Shown here piece by piece: positions 48,553 through 56,935 of a stretch of 64,000 nucleotides of DNA. Below the pieces are notes generated by a model, which saw only the letters and a program-made list of their open reading frames with translations, was not told where the DNA came from and did not search any database. Numbering within the stretch: the stretch's first letter is position 1; the number at the start of each line of letters is the position of its first letter. Source of the DNA: a virus; the IMG/VR virus record IMGVR_UViG_3300005573_000004, positions 1-64,000 of that record; one strand, given 5' to 3'. Both the position numbers and the translations under genes were made by a program.

Positions 48553-50367
48553 TCACTCCACCTTGATAGTTTTTGATAATCTACTTAAACTAACATTATA
48601 CTTCGGAAATACTTTATCAGATTCACGTTCTTTAGTTTCAATGATTTTTATAATTCTCTCTTCAATAGTTCCAAGAGTAACTAAATTGTAAATATATAAT
48701 TTGGGTGCTGTATTGTTTGATCTATCAATTCTTCCTATGCGTTGTTCTAAATCAGCACTAGACCAAGGTAAATCAAAATTAACAATCGTATCACAGGTAT
48801 ATAAATTATGGGCTCTGGACAAACTATCAGTTCCAAGAAGTATATTAACATCTCCTTCTACAAATTCAAAAATCTCTTTCTTAATCATCTTGCAATATCT
48901 ATATTTTGGGCACTCATTACATTTTGCTATCATTGGATATTTACAACCACGTGCCGAATCTCCAGTTACAACTTTTACAGCATATGTTGGTGAAAGAATT
49001 TTTGCAAGCAATTCTACAGCGGTTTTAAAGAAACTAAATACAACTATTTTTTTCTTCTGTAAATCTACTACCTGATGAATTATTTCTTTTAGTTTATCTA
49101 TTTTATTTGTTGAGTCTTCTATGCTTATATTTGGATATAACAAATATGATTTAGTTTTTGGTCTTCCATGAGAATCAAATATTGGATTACCTTCTAGGTC
49201 TAAAACTGGACGAACTTCTGATACTATAGCTAAAGTATTACAAATCTGACGAAGTATAGTGCCGCTTTCAAATGCAGTCCTTTCTCCACTTTCAATCTCT
49301 TGTTTAATTCTATCCAATTCTTTTTGCTGCAATGGAGTTAATGGAACTGGAAATGAAATCATCTCTTTTGGTTTAACTTCCATAACATCCTTTTTGACAA
49401 TAAAAACTGTCCAAGGAAAAATTTTTCGTTTAATCTCTTCTTCTGCTCCTGGTTTTAATCCTCTTGGATTATTAAATATATCCAATTGTAAATATCTATC
49501 TGAAAAATTCTGTTTACTAGTAAATATATTTGGGTTTATAGTTTTCATTATTCCATACAGATCATAATAATTAGTAACTATTGGTGTAGCTGACAAACCA
49601 TATTTGTATGGTGCATCTAATTCTGATACCCCCTTAAACACATCAGTTGAAATATTTTTTATTTTTGTTATTTCATCAAATAATAAGACAGTCCAATTTT
49701 TGGGAAGATTTTTAAATTCTATTTTTACTGTATCATAAGATGCAATCCAAAGCCAGTATTTGTTCATATCTGCCTTCCCGTATTGAATCCGTCTAGCACG
49801 TTCTTCCGCATTTCCTTCAATAATCAAAAAATCTTTTAAGTCTGTAAATTTTAAAATAGTGTCTATCCAAGGTTTATGAATTTGATTTGATTCGCATACT
49901 ATTAAAACTTTAGCATCAACAAGTTCTTTAAGTTTTAAAATTGTATATAAAGACATAACAGTCTTTCCAAGTCCAACTGGAACGACCAATAAACATTTAT
50001 GCATCAACAACATCTGAGAAATAATACTATACTGATAATTGTATTTTTCTTCTAATTCATTCTTAAACAAACTAGGCTTTGTAATATTAAATGATTTAAT
50101 TTCATTGTTTTTTAATTTTTTAACAATTTCTACTTTTGTAGTAAAATCAATGTATGCCTTTTCTACAACTGGATCTAATTCTACGTGCTCTTGTATTTTA
50201 TTAGCGTATTCCAAAATATCTGCAATCTCCGTAATAGGATATGCCCAAATTTTTTCTAATCTAAAATATACACGTGATGGACTCTTTGGTAACCATTTAT
50301 TAACTAAATAATTATCAGATATTACTTTGCAAAATTCTGGATTAGCACTATGTTCTAGTTTTATCAT
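48553..50367 (-). CDS. SNF2-family helicase
   Basis: GLGKT, LFDE, LSATP, VVFS.F, NFDLPW....EQRIGRIDR, GTIEE. Confidence 0.88.
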   Translation of the reverse strand: MIKLEHSANPEFCKVISDNYLVNKWLPKSPSRVYFRLEKIWAYPITEIADILEYANKIQEHVELDPVVEKAYIDFTTKVEIVKKLKNNEIKSFNITKPSLFKNELEEKYNYQYSIISQMLLMHKCLLVVPVGLGKTVMSLYTILKLKELVDAKVLIVCESNQIHKPWIDTILKFTDLKDFLIIEGNAEERARRIQYGKADMNKYWLWIASYDTVKIEFKNLPKNWTVLLFDEITKIKNISTDVFKGVSELDAPYKYGLSATPIVTNYYDLYGIMKTINPNIFTSKQNFSDRYLQLDIFNNPRGLKPGAEEEIKRKIFPWTVFIVKKDVMEVKPKEMISFPVPLTPLQQKELDRIKQEIESGERTAFESGTILRQICNTLAIVSEVRPVLDLEGNPIFDSHGRPKTKSYLLYPNISIEDSTNKIDKLKEIIHQVVDLQKKKIVVFSFFKTAVELLAKILSPTYAVKVVTGDSARGCKYPMIAKCNECPKYRYCKMIKKEIFEFVEGDVNILLGTDSLSRAHNLYTCDTIVNFDLPWSSADLEQRIGRIDRSNNTAPKLYIYNLVTLGTIEERIIKIIETKERESDKVFPKYNVSLSRLSKTIKVE

Positions 50368-50401
50368 GTCTTTTTCCTCGTATACTTAATTTTTAAACAG
50401 G

Positions 50402-50428
50402 TCCTACTGTATATATACGACAAATTTT
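50402..50428 (-). promoter_or_regulatory. conserved phage promoter-like motif, copy 3
   Basis: AAATTTGTCGTATATATACAGTAGGA. Confidence 0.7.
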
Positions 50429-50495
50429 GGTATTTTTATGAAAAAATTTTTTAAATTTTAATTTTTTCTTATGTTACGAAAACAACGAAAGATAA

Positions 50496-50637
50496 CGAAA
50501 ATACTCCGAAAGAGTAAAAATTTGATAGGTCAAAACTCATGTTTTACACCGCTTTTTTATAGATTAAAGAGTGTTTGATAGGTCAAAACTCTTATTTTAT
50601 ACCGCACTAATTTTTATCAAATTCAATGCGGTGTGAA
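50496..50637. repeat. ~142-bp imperfect direct repeat, left copy
   Basis: Matches 51860..52001 (offset 1364); contains TTTGATAGGTCAAAACT twice. Confidence 0.9.
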
Positions 50638-50725
50638 CTACTTCTGCCTAAAGGCAGAGGCTTCAAGTGACACACTATTTGGAGAAAGATTGGAAGGATT
50701 GTCACTTAGGCTCGTTCCGAGCCTT
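50609..50725 (-). ncRNA. predicted TnpB omegaRNA (scaffold plus guide; 5' boundary uncertain)
   Basis: IS200/IS605-type end GAAGCCTCTGCCTTTAGGCAGAAGTAGTTCAC overlapping the tnpB 3' end. Confidence 0.7.
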
Positions 50726-51792
50726 AATATATTTAAAGCTGAATTAAAATCTCTATCTAAGGAGCAGTTACAATGAGGACAATTATGAATACGAATATCA
50801 AGAGTTTTAGGAACTACTTTTCCACATTGGCTACAAATCTGAGATGTATCTTTGGCTGGAACTTTAACTATTGTTCTACCAGCTTCTGCCGCTTTATAGG
50901 ACAAAATGTTAAAGAACTGAAACCAGGCTACATCTCTCATGCTCCTATTAAGATTTCTAAAACTTGTAAAAGCATTCATTTTTTCGTGACAAATAGTATC
51001 ATAATTATCTACATAATATCTAGCAACTTTATGATGAAAATCAAGACGTTGATTAGCGACCTTCTCATGAACTTTACTCAAAAGCAATTTAGTTTGTTTG
51101 TATTTATTAGAACCTTTGACTTGTTTAGAAAGTTTCTGTTGAAGTTTTTTAATTTTCTCAAAAGATTTATTCAACCATCTTGGATTTTCAATCTTTTTTC
51201 CTTCACTATCTGTAAGAAAACTTTCACAACCTACATCTATTCCAATTGCTTTATTAACCTTTGGAAGAACTTTAGGAGTTATATTATCACAAACAAAACT
51301 AATATACCATTTTCCAGTACTAGTTCTGCGGATAGTAACTGTTTTGATTTTGGCCTCTTTAGGAATTTGTCTATGAAACCTAATTTTGAATATACCTATT
51401 TTAGGAATATTCAAAACAGAACCTTCCAAAGACCAACTTGCTTGTTTAAGAGTAAAGGAATCATATCTATTAGTTCCTTTAAACCTTGGAAATCCTGGAT
51501 TTTCTCCTTTTTTGACTCTATTAAAAAAATTTTGATAAGCTCTATCAAGACGTTCTATAACATCTTGGAGACTTTGAGAAGGAATTTGTTTAAATTCAGG
51601 ATAATATTGTTTGAGTTCCGGAAGTTGTTTTATTTGATCAAATTTAGAAATAGACTTCCTATGGAGCTTCCAAGCATTAATTCTTTGACTAAGACAAAGA
51701 TTATATACTTGGCGACAAAGTTCAAGGACTATATTTGTTTGTTTCTCTGTTGCCTGATTGATATAGGCTCTGAATTTATATGTCTTTTTCAT
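50638..51792 (-). CDS. tnpB: RNA-guided endonuclease TnpB (solo, no tnpA)
   Basis: YKFR HTH start, GFPRFK, RuvC GIDVG / ICHE / DRDFNSALNI, TSQICSQCG...CPHC. Confidence 0.95.
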   Translation of the reverse strand: MKKTYKFRAYINQATEKQTNIVLELCRQVYNLCLSQRINAWKLHRKSISKFDQIKQLPELKQYYPEFKQIPSQSLQDVIERLDRAYQNFFNRVKKGENPGFPRFKGTNRYDSFTLKQASWSLEGSVLNIPKIGIFKIRFHRQIPKEAKIKTVTIRRTSTGKWYISFVCDNITPKVLPKVNKAIGIDVGCESFLTDSEGKKIENPRWLNKSFEKIKKLQQKLSKQVKGSNKYKQTKLLLSKVHEKVANQRLDFHHKVARYYVDNYDTICHEKMNAFTSFRNLNRSMRDVAWFQFFNILSYKAAEAGRTIVKVPAKDTSQICSQCGKVVPKTLDIRIHNCPHCNCSLDRDFNSALNILRLGTSLSDNPSNLSPNSVSLEASAFRQK

Positions 51793-51859
51793 TTAGTTTC
51801 TCCAAATAGTGTTTATAGCTTTTGTTTATTTAGACAACTTTATGTCAAAAAAGTTTCGG

Positions 51860-52051
51860 CGAAAATACTACGAAAAAGTAAAAATTTGATAGGTCAAAAC
51901 TATTATTTTATACCGCTTTTTTATATGTTAAATGCTATTTGATAGGTCAAAACTCTTATTTCACACCGCATCAATTTTTATCAAATTCAATGCGGTGTGA
52001 ATCGGCAGTTTTGACCTAAAAAACGGTGTAAATTAACAGTTTTGACCTATC
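51860..52051. repeat. right copy of the direct repeat plus inverted iteron-like units
   Basis: TTTGATAGGTCAAAACT at 51885 and 51938; inverted partial copies at 52007 and 52038; TTCACACCGCAT/ATGCGGTGTGAA inverted repeat 51960-52001. Confidence 0.88.
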
Positions 52052-52366
52052 CTAAAATTTGACTTTTATCTAAAATTCACTTGTAAAATAAGGCACTTTT
52101 TAGATTTGTTCAAGTGAAGGTTGAGGGTGATATATAATAGTATTATAGTATATATTTATTTGGTAGTACTAATAGTATTAATAGTACCATCTAGTAGTAC
52201 TATTAATAAAAATAATATAATTAATACTACATGTACTATTATATACACGCTTTCGTAAATTTTCGTAAACTATCAAAAATCTCTCTTAACTAAATGACTA
52301 CAAGATAGCGTGTACGTTGCGGCCGAAAATTTTTAAATTTTTAAAAATTTTTTTAAAAAAATCCTG

Positions 52367-52392
52367 AATTTTGTCGTATATATACAGTAGGA
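52367..52392 (+). promoter_or_regulatory. conserved phage promoter-like motif, copy 4 (divergent from copy 3)
   Basis: AATTTTGTCGTATATATACAGTAGGA. Confidence 0.7.
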
Positions 52393-52419
52393 GCGAAATT
52401 TTATTAAAACTGAAAGGAT

Positions 52420-53331
52420 TTGTATATGCATAAAAAAGCATTACTTGAATTAAAAAAATTTCAGAGCAGAAAGAATAATAATATCTTTGGATTAAGATTT
52501 AGGTCTTTTAATACAGCTTTGTTTTTTCTTAAACATAAAATTTTTGAAGACGAGTTAAATTTTTATTTGTCCAACATACAATTTACAACTGCTAAGTTTA
52601 TTACTTTTCTTTCTTCAAAAGTTTTTGTATTTTGTCCTTTTGGATCAAAAAAATCCAAAAACAAATCTTGTATAACTTGTCCTTTTAAAGATGGAGCTAC
52701 GTTGTCAATTGAACCAATATTAGTTCTTGGATATTTAGATCCGTTTAAACTTCAAGATTTTATTAGAACTCAAGTACAAATTAAATTTGCACTTCCGTGC
52801 AAACAATTTATAACTCCAAAGTATAGATTTTTGGAAAAGGATAAAGCTTTATTTTTATTGTCTACAAAACAAAATCAAGATGTATATTTATTAACTAGTT
52901 CAGACTATTCTTTAGACCGTATTAATAAACTTTATATTGGATTTAATTTTTTCGGAAATTTAAAAGTTTGGTCTTCAGAAAACTATTTTTGTATTGGGAC
53001 TACTGAGAAAGATTTAAAAACAAATAATATAAATCACGCATTAGAAGAATTGTTATGGATATTAAATAAACCAGAATATAAAAATTCAATTGATAATGTT
53101 TTGATATTTGCCGATTATTTTAAATCTAATAGAATTTCAAAAAAATATTGGAACAGTTATGGGCTCCCGGAGAAACTTTTAGCCGATTTACATAAACACG
53201 GTTTTTTATCTTACAGTGATTATAGATATTATAAAACTAAAAAATTAAACACAGTTTTAAATACTTTAGTGCCTAGCACTAAAATTGAATGTTGTATAGA
53301 TGTTCCATCTGAAGTAGTTGCAGGCTCTTGA
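52420..53331 (+). CDS. hypothetical protein with Cys cluster
   Basis: CPF...CITCPF; first gene after the strand switch. Confidence 0.55.
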   Translation: MYMHKKALLELKKFQSRKNNNIFGLRFRSFNTALFFLKHKIFEDELNFYLSNIQFTTAKFITFLSSKVFVFCPFGSKKSKNKSCITCPFKDGATLSIEPILVLGYLDPFKLQDFIRTQVQIKFALPCKQFITPKYRFLEKDKALFLLSTKQNQDVYLLTSSDYSLDRINKLYIGFNFFGNLKVWSSENYFCIGTTEKDLKTNNINHALEELLWILNKPEYKNSIDNVLIFADYFKSNRISKKYWNSYGLPEKLLADLHKHGFLSYSDYRYYKTKKLNTVLNTLVPSTKIECCIDVPSEVVAGS

Positions 53332-53381
53332 TTTTTTGAGCCTAGTAGTGTATACTTGATTAAAACCAGAAAGGAGAAAAA

Positions 53382-53936
53382 ATGATCGTGGGAAGAAGAC
53401 TCAGAGCTATTAATCCTGCTGTAATGGAATTAAGAAGAATTGTTTCAGTAGCTATGGATCATATTGCGACCCTTAAAGGATTAAGCTCTACCAATCCAAC
53501 TAGTTATACAGTCTTCCAAATTGAGTTCTATAATTTTTTAAAAAAAGCAAAGCAATTAGACAAAATAGATCCACAGGAATTATTAACCATTCTCATAAGA
53601 AATCCAAATTTAGTAAATTTTATAAAAAGAAAAAAATTTGGTGATTTTATGAACGCAGTTAGACAACTAACGCATTCACAAGAAGATAGAGAAATAGTTT
53701 TTGTAACTTTGTATTATGAGTATTATTATAAAACCCGGAAGGTATCTTCTGCTATATTGCGTGCTACAAAATATAAGCTGGATAAATTTGATCTTAAATT
53801 CGTTAAGAACGTATTTGATAAATATCCATTTTTAGTTGAACAAGACCATTTAAAGCACGTAATAGAATTACTTGACAAGCATAAGTATTCTTGTTTATTA
53901 ACTCAAAACGGAATTAAGGAGAAATATAATGTCTGA
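53382..53936 (+). CDS. hypothetical protein
   Basis: AAAGGAG RBS. Confidence 0.6.
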   Translation: MIVGRRLRAINPAVMELRRIVSVAMDHIATLKGLSSTNPTSYTVFQIEFYNFLKKAKQLDKIDPQELLTILIRNPNLVNFIKRKKFGDFMNAVRQLTHSQEDREIVFVTLYYEYYYKTRKVSSAILRATKYKLDKFDLKFVKNVFDKYPFLVEQDHLKHVIELLDKHKYSCLLTQNGIKEKYNV

Positions 53937-54711
53937 AAAATTATCTTATTATGAATGGATTGTTAATGATGTTATGCCGAATGATCTTTTCCCGTTCAAA
54001 GATTTTGATGTTCAAAAATTCTTGGTTGATAAAAATTCGTTTTTGAAGGACTATGTTATAAACCAAACTGAGCTTGAAAATGAGTTAGAGATGACTATAA
54101 AAACCAGAGAAGATATTTCTAATTGGCTCAATAGCATTACTTCTCCAAGTGCTGCACAGCAGGACGAATATAAACAGAAAAAACGTCAGTTAGAAAATTT
54201 AGATAAAAGAATTAACTGGTTAACAGAGTTAAAACCGTATTTTGGAAAACCATATTCACAATTTTTAACAACTTTATGTCAGCAGTTTAATATTAACACA
54301 AAAATAATTTTAGCTACATTACAAAAAGAACAGAGTTTAGTAGTTAAACCCACTCAACTCCCAAGAAAAATAATGGATAGAGCTCTTGGTTTTGGAGCGA
54401 CCGATAGAGGAGATTTAATATATTACTATGGATTTGAAATACAAAATTATAAAGCCATCCAGGATCTTAAATCTGATTTTGATAAATATTCTCAATTAGA
54501 TACTCAGCCTATGAAATTTGTTGATAATGGATTTTTACAAATTACCCCAGCCAATGCTTTTACTTCTGTGCTTTATGAATATACTCCGTGGACAGGTTCT
54601 CCAGATTCTGCATATTATCCGAAATGGGGAGTGCACGGAGTATACCTATTTTGGAAGATTTGGCGTTGGTGGTGGGGAGACGAATTAAAAGAATTTTATC
54701 ATATTGTTTAA
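53929..54711 (+). CDS. putative lysozyme-like cell-wall hydrolase
   Basis: IN.KIILATLQKEQSL, ALGFG..D, YGF..Q, N..T..LY.YTP motifs recalled from an uncharacterised lysozyme-like family. Confidence 0.5.
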   Translation: MSEKLSYYEWIVNDVMPNDLFPFKDFDVQKFLVDKNSFLKDYVINQTELENELEMTIKTREDISNWLNSITSPSAAQQDEYKQKKRQLENLDKRINWLTELKPYFGKPYSQFLTTLCQQFNINTKIILATLQKEQSLVVKPTQLPRKIMDRALGFGATDRGDLIYYYGFEIQNYKAIQDLKSDFDKYSQLDTQPMKFVDNGFLQITPANAFTSVLYEYTPWTGSPDSAYYPKWGVHGVYLFWKIWRWWWGDELKEFYHIV

Positions 54712-55708
54712 GGAGGAAACTATGAAATTTTTTATTAAATGTGATCAATGTGGTTTTAAATTATCACAAGAGATGAAGCACGCAGTTGATAAGGGTGAAT
54801 GTCCTAGTTGTGGTGCAAAATTAGATATACAGAATGCTTTAGGAGTTTTAGAGTTTTTAGTTACAGTAAACGAACTCAAGCTACCTCTTACAGGCAATCA
54901 TCTTAAACAAATTGTTGATGCTTATTTTAAAAAACTTCCTGGTTTTGAGACTTTGCCAGAAATTTTTATTGAAGAAGAAATGTCAGACAAAATTCGTTTT
55001 GGTAGACAGGTTCAGCAAGTTCAGCAGACTCAACCAGCTCAGCCAGTTCTACAGAATAAATCTGTTTCACCCGCACAGGAAGTACAACGTATAGAAGAAG
55101 ATGTGGATACTACTAATAACACGGATAACACTGGCGATATAAGTAATAGCACTATCAATTCTGAAGAAGAAAATATAGTTAAAAAAATAATTAAACCAGG
55201 AGATAAGGATCATCCTGCTATAATAGTTGACAAAGATGGACTTATAACGCAAAAAGGAGGTTCAAATGCAAAGTTGACACCAGAAGAAATAGAAGAGGTG
55301 AAAAGAGGATTGGGCGTGAGACCTATTACAAAACCTTCTGATCCAAACAAAGGTGACCAATTCACTGAGAGAGTTCCAGGATTGCGTTTTATTACAAACA
55401 AAAAATTCAGAGAACTAAAAGAGGAAATGAAAGCTAAGACTCCAGACTACTATGAGGCTTTAGAAAAACAAGCTGAAGAAGAAGCTACTCAATTAAGAAA
55501 TGATTTAGGTTCAGAATCTCCAATACAGGGACCAACATCAGAAGATAATACTACATCAAGTATAAATAATATACTTAATTCCGGATACACTGAAGATTTT
55601 GAGGGTGGAAGACCAATTACGTTGCCAAAATTATCCAATCCGGCTAAAGGAAATACAATTTTGGATCCATCTGCCATCATCAAACCAAAAGGAGTTCACA
55701 ATGGATAA
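54704..55708 (+). CDS. Zn-ribbon protein with low-complexity C-terminus
   Basis: CDQC...CPSC. Confidence 0.55.
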   Translation: MFKEETMKFFIKCDQCGFKLSQEMKHAVDKGECPSCGAKLDIQNALGVLEFLVTVNELKLPLTGNHLKQIVDAYFKKLPGFETLPEIFIEEEMSDKIRFGRQVQQVQQTQPAQPVLQNKSVSPAQEVQRIEEDVDTTNNTDNTGDISNSTINSEEENIVKKIIKPGDKDHPAIIVDKDGLITQKGGSNAKLTPEEIEEVKRGLGVRPITKPSDPNKGDQFTERVPGLRFITNKKFRELKEEMKAKTPDYYEALEKQAEEEATQLRNDLGSESPIQGPTSEDNTTSSINNILNSGYTEDFEGGRPITLPKLSNPAKGNTILDPSAIIKPKGVHNG

Positions 55709-56621
55709 CAAAACAACTATAGCATCAAATATTCAGATTGATAAACAAGAACCTCCGACAATTTATACTGTTGGATACCAGCCGATTGAGATAATCGGAC
55801 GTGATTATCGTTTAGTTGATCTTGTAAATCTTATTACAGATAAATGGGATGTAACTGGAAACGTATATGATGCTGTAATTGAATATGTAAAAAAATTTCA
55901 ATTAAGACCAGAGGATAAATATTTTTTAAACACAAAGAAAAATTCTCAGGTTATTCCATATATTTGGGAAAATCTAAATAGATTTGATTCTTTGAAGCAA
56001 TTACTAATTTATGACCCATCTTATGTTGCATCGGATGCTGAAATTTATAAAATATTAAAGGATCTAAAATCAGTCATTGGTCCAAAACAAGGATACAGAT
56101 CTTACATTGATGCGGCTAATGCCGTTAGAGAGACTTTAGTGCGGGTAAAGGATAATATGTCACAAAAGGATTATTTTAATGCTTTAATGCTTTTATCTGA
56201 TCTAAATAAAAGTTCAGTTGATGCTTTTATTCAATATCTTTTGTCATTTACACAGCCGTATCAAATGAATATGACTAAAAAAGTAATTTTCTTTGGAGAT
56301 CCTGTAACTCCAAGATATTTTGAATATTTAAATTCTCAAGGAATTTTTGTAGTTTCTTTTTTACCATATGAATTCTTTTTAACTCCTTGTATGACTCCAG
56401 AACAATATTATTTTGAAAATCCGATGTATCAATCTCATTTATTTACACTTGTTGAGCTTAGAAGGCTAATAACGATTTATATGCCAGACGCATTGATCTT
56501 AAATCCTGGAGGTTTATATCTTACTCCAGGAGATGCAAAATTTTTTGCGTATGAATTGCAAAACGATGTAAAAATAAAAATTTTGTCTGGGAATTATCCA
56601 GGCGAACAAATTTCAATTTAA
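55599..56621 (+). CDS. hypothetical protein (likely start 55701); weak resemblance to 2-hydroxyacyl-CoA dehydratase D fold
   Basis: AGGAG RBS before MDNKTT; P.EII....VDL.NL and G.P......YL...G..VV patterns. Confidence 0.35.
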   Translation: MRVEDQLRCQNYPIRLKEIQFWIHLPSSNQKEFTMDNKTTIASNIQIDKQEPPTIYTVGYQPIEIIGRDYRLVDLVNLITDKWDVTGNVYDAVIEYVKKFQLRPEDKYFLNTKKNSQVIPYIWENLNRFDSLKQLLIYDPSYVASDAEIYKILKDLKSVIGPKQGYRSYIDAANAVRETLVRVKDNMSQKDYFNALMLLSDLNKSSVDAFIQYLLSFTQPYQMNMTKKVIFFGDPVTPRYFEYLNSQGIFVVSFLPYEFFLTPCMTPEQYYFENPMYQSHLFTLVELRRLITIYMPDALILNPGGLYLTPGDAKFFAYELQNDVKIKILSGNYPGEQISI

Positions 56622-56632
56622 GGAGGAAGATT

Positions 56633-56893
56633 ATGTATATTCAAGCATCAAGTTACGGAATGAACCCACCGCAGAAAGAAAACGAAGAAGTCAAAGAAGG
56701 AGCTTATTTTATCGTTGATTGGGTTGGTAATGATCCTATTCGTCGTGGAAATAGAAAGCCAATAATAATTGCAGGTAATTTAACAGAAGAAGAACTAGCC
56801 AGCGTTAAGGATGGAAGGATTAAGCTTGAGCCACCAAGATTTGGAACTGTCCAGAGAGTTTTATTAAAAGTTGTGTCTGTAGAAAAACTTTAA
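56633..56893 (+). CDS. hypothetical protein
   Basis: AAGGAGG RBS. Confidence 0.6.
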   Translation: MYIQASSYGMNPPQKENEEVKEGAYFIVDWVGNDPIRRGNRKPIIIAGNLTEEELASVKDGRIKLEPPRFGTVQRVLLKVVSVEKL

Positions 56894-56935
56894 CCGTTTC
56901 CAAAATGGAAACAGTTTCTTCTGGGAGGAGCACGA

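Noticed and set aside
50638-51792. Nuclease-dead TldR repressor or Cas12f with array
   Set aside because: All three RuvC acidic residues appear present and no CRISPR array is adjacent.
50773-51942. 389-aa plus-strand ORF
   Set aside because: It is an antisense shadow of tnpB with F/I/S-rich composition and no recognisable motif.
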